Below, piece by piece: positions 46,936 to 53,656 of a stretch of DNA of 58,165 bases. A program made the translations under genes and the position numbers. Where the stretch lies: the NCBI GenBank assembly GCA_036274335.1, contig DASUFW010000185.1, positions 1 through 58,165 on the forward strand. The letters are read 5' to 3'. Source of the stretch: Burkholderiales bacterium (GTDB lineage Bacteria > Pseudomonadota > Gammaproteobacteria > Burkholderiales > SG8-39). Numbering within the stretch: position 1 is the stretch's first letter; every line of letters starts with the position of its first letter. The notes below the pieces were generated by a model that did no database searches, was not told the origin of the DNA, and saw only the letters and a program-made list of their open reading frames with translations.

Positions 46936-47501
46936 TGCCGTTGAACGCGCCGAACGTGGTCACGTGGCTGCGCATCTTGCTCATCCCGCTCCTTATCGCG
47001 GTGTTCTATTTGCCCGACGCATGGCTGTCGTCTTTCGGGAAGAACGTCTCTGCCTGCGCAATCTTCATCGTCGCCGCGCTCAGCGACTGGCTGGACGGGT
47101 ATCTGGCCCGGGCCCTGAACCAGACCTCCGCGTTCGGTGCGTTCCTCGATCCGGTCGCCGACAAGCTCGTCGTCGCCGCAGCGCTCGTCATGCTGCTGAA
47201 GTTGGGCCGGGTGGAGCCCGTCATCGCCCTGATCATCATCGGACGCGAGATCGCCATCTCGGCGCTGCGGGAATGGATGGCGCGCCTCGGCCAGTCGGCG
47301 AGCGTGGCGGTGGCCTACGTCGGCAAGGTGAAGACGGCCAGCCAGATGGTGGCGATTCCGCTCTTGCTGTTCCACGGCGACGTGCTGGGGCTGTTCAGCG
47401 CGCAGCGGCTGGGGACCCTCCTCATCTACGTCGCGGCGGCGCTGACCGTGGTTTCCATGGTGCATTACCTGCGCCGCGCCCTGCCTTATGCGAGGGGATA
47501 A
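46935..47501 (+). CDS. pgsA: CDP-diacylglycerol-glycerol-3-phosphate 3-phosphatidyltransferase
   Basis: 188 aa. SDWLDGYLAR...GAFLDPVADK (CDP-alcohol phosphatidyltransferase motif). Confidence 0.93.
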   Translation: MPLNAPNVVTWLRILLIPLLIAVFYLPDAWLSSFGKNVSACAIFIVAALSDWLDGYLARALNQTSAFGAFLDPVADKLVVAAALVMLLKLGRVEPVIALIIIGREIAISALREWMARLGQSASVAVAYVGKVKTASQMVAIPLLLFHGDVLGLFSAQRLGTLLIYVAAALTVVSMVHYLRRALPYARG

Positions 47502-47503
47502 GC

Positions 47504-47509
47504 TATAAT
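47504..47509 (+). promoter_or_regulatory. Perfect TATAAT -10 hexamer upstream of the tRNA cluster
   Basis: TATAAT lies 15 nt before tRNA-Gly, immediately after the pgsA stop. The -35 (CTGCCT at 17-nt spacing) is weak. Confidence 0.4.
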
Positions 47510-47524
47510 TCCCGGCCCCGATAC

Positions 47525-47600
47525 GCGGGAGTAGCTCAGTTGGTAGAGCGCAACCTTGCCAAGGTTGAGGTCGCGAGTTCGAGACTCGTCTCCCGCTCCA
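47525..47600 (+). tRNA. tRNA-Gly (GCC)
   Basis: GCGGGAGTAGCTCAGTTGGTAGAGC..., anticodon loop TTGCCAA, T-arm GGTCGCGAGTTCGAGTC-like, encoded CCA. 76 nt. Confidence 0.92.
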
Positions 47601-47650
47601 GTTTAGGCTAGGGAAGGCGCTCGCGCCTTCCCGTCTCAAGCGCATCCCCG

Positions 47651-47724
47651 GGGCGGGATGGCAGAGTGGTCATGCAGCGGCCTGCAAAGCCGTCTACGCC
47701 GGTTCGATTCCGACTCCCGCCTCC
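47651..47724 (+). tRNA. tRNA-Cys (GCA)
   Basis: GGCGGGATGGCAGAGTGGT..., anticodon loop CTGCAAA, GGTTCGATTCC T-arm, CCA. 74 nt. Confidence 0.92.
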
Positions 47725-47734
47725 ACCGCACGTC

Positions 47735-47821
47735 CGCCCGGGTGGCGAAACTGGTAGACGCAAGGGACTTAAAATCCCTAGGCCGCAAGGCCGTACAGGT
47801 TCAAGTCCTGTCCCGGGCACC
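47735..47821 (+). tRNA. tRNA-Leu (TAA)
   Basis: GCCCGGGTGGCGAAACTGGTAGACGC, anticodon loop CTTAAAA, long variable arm, GGTTCAAGTCC T-arm, CCA. 87 nt. Confidence 0.92.
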
Positions 47822-47844
47822 AAGCTTCGGGCCGGCGGTTGAGG

Positions 47845-48273
47845 CTAGGCCGGGGCGAGCATCAGGCGTATGCGGTTGCGCCCGAACACGTACGCATAGT
47901 CGCGGGACTTGGCCAGTTCCTTGGTCAACAGGACGCCGAGACCCCCGATCCGGCGCATGCTGACGGTCGTATCGGGCGCCGGGGCGGCCGCCTCAGCCAG
48001 GGCCGAGTACGGATTAAAGGGCGGGGCCTTGTCCTCGTAGATCAGCTGCACCGTGTCGCTGCCCCGCGACACGGTCACCCAAACCGGTGCGTCGCAGTCG
48101 CCCCGATGGCCGTGGCGAACGGTATTGGTGAACAATTCCTCGACAACCAGGTTGAGCCTCAGGCACGCTTCCCTCGGTAACCCGGCGCCGGCGCAGAACT
48201 TTTCCAGGAATGACTGCATGGGCCGAAGCTGGTCCAGGCGTGCAAGAAATTGTTCGGTGCGGAGGGTGTTCAC
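47845..48273 (-). CDS. GHKL-type anti-sigma-factor-like serine kinase (RsbW/SpoIIAB-like, HATPase_c_2)
   Basis: 142 aa, GTG start. N-box EELFTNTVRHG. G2 box IGGLGVLL. The G1 region is YEDKAPPFNP (Gly replaced). Confidence 0.75.
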   Translation of the reverse strand: MNTLRTEQFLARLDQLRPMQSFLEKFCAGAGLPREACLRLNLVVEELFTNTVRHGHRGDCDAPVWVTVSRGSDTVQLIYEDKAPPFNPYSALAEAAAPAPDTTVSMRRIGGLGVLLTKELAKSRDYAYVFGRNRIRLMLAPA

Positions 48274-48296
48274 GGCGGCGTCGGCAGTCCCGGAGC

Positions 48297-48306
48297 ATTA
48301 TAAAAT
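48297..48306. promoter_or_regulatory. AT-only 10-mer ATTATAAAAT with back-to-back -10 hexamers in the 58-bp divergent region
   Basis: The plus strand reads TATAAA/TAAAAT, ~26 nt before the FecR-gene ATG, which has a GGGAGG SD. The minus strand reads a perfect TATAAT, ~24 nt before the kinase GTG. Confidence 0.35.
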
Positions 48307-48331
48307 CCCGTTCAGAGATTGGGAGGGTCCC

Positions 48332-48775
48332 ATGCGGCACCTAGCAGTGGCAGCAGTCCTGGCGTTCGCGGTGGCGGGCTTTGCGCGCGCCGAGGACGTC
48401 GGCCAGATCAAGGTCGCGAAGGGCACCGTCCACGTCGAGCGCGACGGCAAGCAACTGCCGGCCTCGGTGGGAATGCCCATTCGTCAAGCCGACAAGCTGA
48501 TTACCGGCGCCGACGGCTCGGCCGGGGTCACGTTCACCGACAACAGCCTCCTGTCCACCGGTCCGAACAGCGTGCTCGTCGTCGACCACTACACCTTCGA
48601 CACGCGCACGCACGTTGGGCAGTTCGACGCGTCGCTGAAGAAGGGATCGCTGGCGGTCGTCTCGGGCAAGATGGTCAAGCAGACCCCCGGCGCGATGCGC
48701 GTGCGCACGCCGGCGGCGATCATGGGCGTGCGCGGCACGGACTTCGTCGTGCAGGTGGACGACCCCGCCAAGTAG
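48332..48775 (+). CDS. Secreted FecR-domain protein
   Basis: 147 aa. Signal peptide MRHLAVAAVLAFAVAGFARA. FecR-like beta-rich body (GTVHVERDGK...GADGSAGVTFTDNS...MGVRGTDFVV). Confidence 0.72.
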   Translation: MRHLAVAAVLAFAVAGFARAEDVGQIKVAKGTVHVERDGKQLPASVGMPIRQADKLITGADGSAGVTFTDNSLLSTGPNSVLVVDHYTFDTRTHVGQFDASLKKGSLAVVSGKMVKQTPGAMRVRTPAAIMGVRGTDFVVQVDDPAK

Positions 48776-48778
48776 AAC

Positions 48779-49381
48779 ATGGGGGCCGTGATCGTCGCGC
48801 TCGTCGGGGCGCTCATGGTCCTCATCAGCAGCAGCGGGGAACGTCTGGGGAACGAGCGGGTTGTCGTGCTCCGCTCGGCGGACGGGCATGTCGGCATGGT
48901 GGTCGTCGAGCGGGGCGGGAAGCGCGTCGTGCTCAACGAGGCCTACGCCTCCAGCGATATCGTCGACGGCGGTGCGCCAGAGCGCCGGATCCTGACCTCC
49001 GCCGAGGTGCGCTCGGAATTCTCGGCCGCGCTGATGGCCCTGCCGGAGCTGCCGAAGACATTCCTCGTGTACTTCAACGAAGGCACCGACGAGCTCACAC
49101 CCGAGTCGCGCGCCGAATTCGAGAAGATCCTTGCAGAGATTCGCGATCGCAGCGGGCCGGACATCCTGGTCATCGGGCATACCGACCGGCTTGCCTCGGA
49201 CGATTACAACGACCGGCTGTCGCTGCAGCGGGCGCAACGCGTGCGCGACGAACTGATCAAGCTCGGCATTCCGGCCGACCGCATCCGTGCCGCGGGTCGA
49301 GGCGAGCGCGAGCCGCTGGTGGCGACCCCCGACGGCGTTTCGGAGCCCCGCAACCGGCGCGTAGAGATCAACGTCCGCTGA
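48779..49381 (+). CDS. OmpA-family peptidoglycan-binding protein with N-terminal membrane anchor
   Basis: 200 aa. N-terminal hydrophobic helix. C-terminal OmpA_C motif GHTDRLASDDYNDRLSLQRAQRV...NRRVEI. Starts 3 nt after the FecR-gene stop. Confidence 0.8.
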   Translation: MGAVIVALVGALMVLISSSGERLGNERVVVLRSADGHVGMVVVERGGKRVVLNEAYASSDIVDGGAPERRILTSAEVRSEFSAALMALPELPKTFLVYFNEGTDELTPESRAEFEKILAEIRDRSGPDILVIGHTDRLASDDYNDRLSLQRAQRVRDELIKLGIPADRIRAAGRGEREPLVATPDGVSEPRNRRVEINVR

Positions 49382-49397
49382 GTCGCCCGCCGGCGCG

Positions 49398-51386
49398 CTA
49401 GGCGGGACCTCGCCAGCGCAGGCAGAGCAGCGTCAGGTCGTCGGAGGCCTCCGCATCGCCGACGAATTGCCGGACATCCGCGCGCACGGCCGAGAGCATG
49501 GCCTCGGGCGAAGCGTCGGGCGGCACGGACTCCAGCACCCGGCGCAGGCGCCCGGCGCCGTAGAGCTCGCCCGCGGCATTCATCGCCTCGGTGACCCCGT
49601 CCGTCACCACGCAGACCCATTCGCCCGGTACGAGCTGGTGCCGCGCCATCGGGTAGTCGAATCCCTCCACCACGCACAGCGGCGGCCCGCCTTCATGCTC
49701 GAGCCGCGCAATGCGCTGCCCCGGCGCGCCTGCGAAGGGCGGCTCATGGCCGGCGTTGCTGAACTGCAGCTCGCCCGTGCGGGCGTCCAGAATGCCGGCA
49801 AAGGCGGTAATGAACAGGGATTCGGGGTTCTCGCGGGAGACTTCGCTGTTGGCCCGCAGCATGACGCGCGCCAGGTCCTCCCCGCGCCGCGCCGCGCTTT
49901 TCAACAGCGTCTTGGACAGCGCCATGAACAGGCTTGCCGGCAGCCCCTTGCCTGATACGTCCGCGACGATGAAGAACAGCCGGTCGCGGTCGACCATGAA
50001 GCAGTCGTAGAAATCCCCGCCGACCGAGCGGGCGGGCTCGAGCAGCGCGTCGATCGCGAAGCGCGGTTCCCGGGCAAACAGTTCTCCTGGCGCCGGCAGC
50101 AGGCCCATCTGGATGCGGCGCGCCGATTCGAGCTCCCCCGACACACGCGCGGCCTGCTCCCGCAACCGCCGCCGCTGCTCGTCGGCCTCGCTGAGCGCCT
50201 CGGCCAGCACCACGCCGAACACGACGGTCGCGGCGATGGCCGGCCAGGCGACATCGATCAGCAGGCCTTCGACCAGGAAGGCCTCGATGCCGAGTGCGGC
50301 CAGAAGCAGCACCGTGCACGCGTAAAGCACGATGGCCGTGCCCACGCCGAGCGCGGGCACCGCGAAAGCGAAGGCGAGGGCGGTCAGCGCCGTCAGGCCG
50401 AGCTCGAGACCATGCAAAGCGGCCGGCCGGCGCAGGAACGCGTGATCGAAGATCTGCTCCAGGATCTGGGCGTGGATCTCCACGCCGGGGACCCGATCGC
50501 CGAGCGGGGTGCTCTGGTAGTCGAGCAGTCCGATGCCGGTAACGCCGACCAGCACGAGCCGCTGCTCGAGGGTCTCCGGGTTCAGCTCGCCCGAGAGCGC
50601 TTCGGCCGCGGACACGAACCGATCGGGATCGTGCGGTCCGTAGCGGATCCAGAATTGCCCGTCGTTCTGCGCCGGTATCGTGACATCGGCGACGCGCACG
50701 TCGACCTGATCGCGCCCATGGCCCTGGAGAACGATCGGTCCACCAGTGGCGACCCGCAGCATTTCCACGCTGAGCGAGGGCACCACCACCTCGCCGATGC
50801 GCGCCACGGCCAGCGCTCGCCGGATCACGTTGCTCTCCGGATCGACGCTCAGCAGGCCGTGCCCGGCCGCCGCCTGATCGATCTCCGGGAGGCTCTGCAG
50901 GTGCCCGGGAAAATAGCGCAGCGAGAGCGACGGCGCATCCCTGATCAGTACCGGCGGGGCAGGCGGGGGGCGGGGGAAGCGCGGGTCTCGTGATTCGATG
51001 CCGGCAATGCCAAGCACGACCGGGCGTCCACGAAGGGCGTCCGCCAGCATGGCGTCGTTCGAAGGCAGCGCGCGCAGGCGGCGCGCGACCCCGGGCGAGA
51101 GTTCCTCCACTTCCCGCGCCACGGCGGCGGGCGAAAAGCGGTCGGGCTCCGGGAACAGCAGGTCGACGCCGATGGCCGCCGGCCGCGCCGCGGCGATCTG
51201 CTCGAGCAGCCTGGCCAGCCGCGTGCGCGGCCAGGGCCACTGCCCGTAGCGTTCGAGCGCGGCTTCGTCGATGGCCACGATGACCGCCGGCGCGCTGCGC
51301 CGCTCGCGCGGGAAGATCCGCTGGTAGGTATCGAACAGCGCGTGGCGGAGCCCCCGCACGGCGGGCGGCTCCTCCCACAGCAGCAC
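49398..51386 (-). CDS. CHASE2 sensor domain / PP2C (SpoIIE-type) serine phosphatase; the true start is probably upstream at CTG 51443
   Basis: CHASE2-like N-terminal part (VIVAIDEAALERYGQWPWPR...GVDLLFPEPD), 3 TM helices, then PP2C motifs GGDFYD, ADVSGKG, NAGH, VTDGVTEA. Confidence 0.82.
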   Translation of the reverse strand: MLLWEEPPAVRGLRHALFDTYQRIFPRERRSAPAVIVAIDEAALERYGQWPWPRTRLARLLEQIAAARPAAIGVDLLFPEPDRFSPAAVAREVEELSPGVARRLRALPSNDAMLADALRGRPVVLGIAGIESRDPRFPRPPPAPPVLIRDAPSLSLRYFPGHLQSLPEIDQAAAGHGLLSVDPESNVIRRALAVARIGEVVVPSLSVEMLRVATGGPIVLQGHGRDQVDVRVADVTIPAQNDGQFWIRYGPHDPDRFVSAAEALSGELNPETLEQRLVLVGVTGIGLLDYQSTPLGDRVPGVEIHAQILEQIFDHAFLRRPAALHGLELGLTALTALAFAFAVPALGVGTAIVLYACTVLLLAALGIEAFLVEGLLIDVAWPAIAATVVFGVVLAEALSEADEQRRRLREQAARVSGELESARRIQMGLLPAPGELFAREPRFAIDALLEPARSVGGDFYDCFMVDRDRLFFIVADVSGKGLPASLFMALSKTLLKSAARRGEDLARVMLRANSEVSRENPESLFITAFAGILDARTGELQFSNAGHEPPFAGAPGQRIARLEHEGGPPLCVVEGFDYPMARHQLVPGEWVCVVTDGVTEAMNAAGELYGAGRLRRVLESVPPDASPEAMLSAVRADVRQFVGDAEASDDLTLLCLRWRGPA

Positions 51387-51439
51387 CAGCAGCGCGACGA
51401 GCAGCGCGAGCGGTCCGGCCCGCCGGGTCCACTCCGCGC

Positions 51440-52396
51440 TCAGACGTCCACCTCCAGACCGTCATAGGCGGCGGAAATCCGCAGCGGGCGCGTGCCGCGG
51501 GTCAGCTCCTCGAAGCGCCGCGTTTCGCGCAGCACGCCCTCGATGGTGGCGTCGTCGTAGGACGGTTCGTGGTGGAACAGCACCAGGTGCTTCACGCGCG
51601 CCATCTGGCACAGCTCGACACCGATGATGTTGCTGGAATGGCCCCAGTCGGCCTTGACGGAGATCGCGTCCGCGAGCGAGTACATCGCATCGAAGATGAC
51701 GAGGTCGGCGCCGTGGAAGAAGCGCACGAAGCGCTCGGTCTGCGCGCGATTCTCGAGCTTGTGCTCCGAATCCGTCGTATACACGACGGCCTTGCCCGCC
51801 TGCTCGAAGCGGTAGCCGAAGGAATCGCCCGAATGCATCTGCGGTGCCGGCGTCACCGTCACCCCGCCGATCTCGTGGCTGCGGCCGGGCACCAGCCTGA
51901 CGAACTCGATATCGGCGGCAAGTTGGGAGAACTCCACCGGGAAGCAGGGAGGGGCCTGTTGCAGCCGGAAGGCGTGCTCGAGGGTGTCGTGGCATCCGTG
52001 GATGCGGATGCGCGTGCCCGGCGCATAGGCCGGCCCGAAGAACGGGAAGCCCATGATGTGGTCCCAGTGCACATGCGACATGAACACGTTGATGGCGGCC
52101 GGCTTGCCCGACTGGCGGGCCAGGACGTGGGCGCCGAAGGGACGTGCGCCGCTCCCCATGTCGCAGACGAAGTAGTCCTCGCCGCCGGTTTCGATCTCGA
52201 CGCACGGCGAGTGGCCGCCAAAGGTGTGCGTCAGCGAGAAATCCAGGCTCGAGGTGGCGAAGTCGTAGGCTTCGCCGACCGTGGCGAAGCGCCGCCCCTC
52301 GGCGCGAAACAGCGCCTGGGCCACCTTGTCGCGAATGTCCGCGGAGGTCAGCGCGACGGGGATCGAGCCGCGCGTGCCCCAGAACCGGACGCGCAC
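51440..52396 (-). CDS. MBL-fold metallo-hydrolase (PhnP/RNase-Z-like subgroup)
   Basis: 318 aa. MRVRFWGTRGSIP..., metal motif SHVHWDH, later D/H positions (TTDSEH, HSSN, FHHEP). Confidence 0.8.
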   Translation of the reverse strand: MRVRFWGTRGSIPVALTSADIRDKVAQALFRAEGRRFATVGEAYDFATSSLDFSLTHTFGGHSPCVEIETGGEDYFVCDMGSGARPFGAHVLARQSGKPAAINVFMSHVHWDHIMGFPFFGPAYAPGTRIRIHGCHDTLEHAFRLQQAPPCFPVEFSQLAADIEFVRLVPGRSHEIGGVTVTPAPQMHSGDSFGYRFEQAGKAVVYTTDSEHKLENRAQTERFVRFFHGADLVIFDAMYSLADAISVKADWGHSSNIIGVELCQMARVKHLVLFHHEPSYDDATIEGVLRETRRFEELTRGTRPLRISAAYDGLEVDV

Positions 52397-52401
52397 CCCA
52401 G

Positions 52402-52776
52402 CTATCCCCGGTCGAACGCGGCGGCGGCGGCGGGCGAAAGCGCGGCCAGGGCGTCGCGCACCTTCGGGTAGGCGTCGAACACGAGGTTGAACCGCGCGAT
52501 CTGGAAGATCTCGGCCACCACAGGCTGCATGGCCGCGATCACGATGCGGCTGTTCTGCGCCTTGGCCTGCTTGGCCGCCAGCATGAAGCAGCGCAGGCCC
52601 GCGCTCGACACGTATTCCAGGCCGGACAGGTCGAGCACCAGGGACAGCTGCTCCCGGGCGGAGCGCTCGAGGTGCGGCGCCAGCTCTTCGCGGAACGACT
52701 CGCAGTTGTCGTGATCCAGCCGGCCGGTCGGCGCGAGGACCAGCGCGTTTTCGAACAAGCGGTGGGCGAGGGGCAT
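52402..52776 (-). CDS. STAS-domain anti-sigma-factor antagonist (RsbV/SpoIIAA-like)
   Basis: 124 aa from MPLAHRLFEN. LVLDLSGLEYVSSAGLRCF contains the conserved phosphorylatable Ser context. Ends 5 nt before the MBL gene start. Confidence 0.8.
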   Translation of the reverse strand: MPLAHRLFENALVLAPTGRLDHDNCESFREELAPHLERSAREQLSLVLDLSGLEYVSSAGLRCFMLAAKQAKAQNSRIVIAAMQPVVAEIFQIARFNLVFDAYPKVRDALAALSPAAAAAFDRG

Positions 52777-52834
52777 GGGGTCGGGTTTCCGGGCGCTATT
52801 GTCGACAAACCGGGCGTCTGCGGCAACCGTTAGA

Positions 52835-53650
52835 ATGCCGCCCATGCGCGTCCGCGACGAGCAGCGCACGCAACGCGCCGCGCGCTGGCTGGTTCGTCAG
52901 CACCTGGCGCGACTGGCCTCGCGGCCGATCCCGGCCGCCCTTGCGCCTCGCGACCTTGCGCAGGCGTACGCGGTCCAGGACGCCTTCGTTGCGCTCAAGG
53001 CTGCCCAGTGCGGGCCGGTCGTGGGCCACAAGATCGCCCTCACGTCGCCCCAGATGCGTTCCATGGTCGGGCTGGATACGCCGATTGCGGGGCGGCTGCA
53101 TGCGCGCCAGCTGGTCGGCGGGGCGGCCAGCGTGCGCGCGGCCGACTACGGCCGCCTGCTCGTGGAGTTCGAGATCGGCTTCCGCCTGGGAGCTTCGCTC
53201 GCGCCGCGGGCCCTGCCCTACAGGCGCGAGGAGGTGGCCGCGGCCGTTGCCGCCGCCATGCCGGCGCTCGAACTGGCGGACGACCGGGGCGCGGATTACG
53301 CGACGCTCGCTGCGCGCGCCTATGAGCTCGCCGCGGACAACGTCTGGAACGAAGGAGCGGTGCTGGGGGTGCCGGTCACGACATGGCGCTCCCTGGACCT
53401 TGCGGCGCTGCATGGGGTCGCACGCATCAACGGCGCCGTCGTCGGCGAAGGCCGGGGCGCCGACGCGATGGGCCATCCGCTCGATGCGCTGTGCTGGATT
53501 GCCAACCACCTGTCGGCCCGGGGCCAGGCCCTGCGGCGCGGGGATATCGTCATCTGCGGCAGCCTGGTCACTTCCAAGTTTCCGGCAGCCGGCGATGTCC
53601 TTCGCTTCGATGCGGGGGCGTTGGGCGCGGTCGAGCTGCAGGTGACCTGA
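52835..53650 (+). CDS. 2-keto-4-pentenoate hydratase-like protein (FAH fold, MhpD/HpcG family)
   Basis: About 271 aa. GHKIALTSPQMRSMVGL, EFEIGF, GDIVICGSL. The start (52835 or 52844) is uncertain. Confidence 0.75.
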   Translation: MPPMRVRDEQRTQRAARWLVRQHLARLASRPIPAALAPRDLAQAYAVQDAFVALKAAQCGPVVGHKIALTSPQMRSMVGLDTPIAGRLHARQLVGGAASVRAADYGRLLVEFEIGFRLGASLAPRALPYRREEVAAAVAAAMPALELADDRGADYATLAARAYELAADNVWNEGAVLGVPVTTWRSLDLAALHGVARINGAVVGEGRGADAMGHPLDALCWIANHLSARGQALRRGDIVICGSLVTSKFPAAGDVLRFDAGALGAVELQVT

Positions 53651-53656
53651 AGCGCC

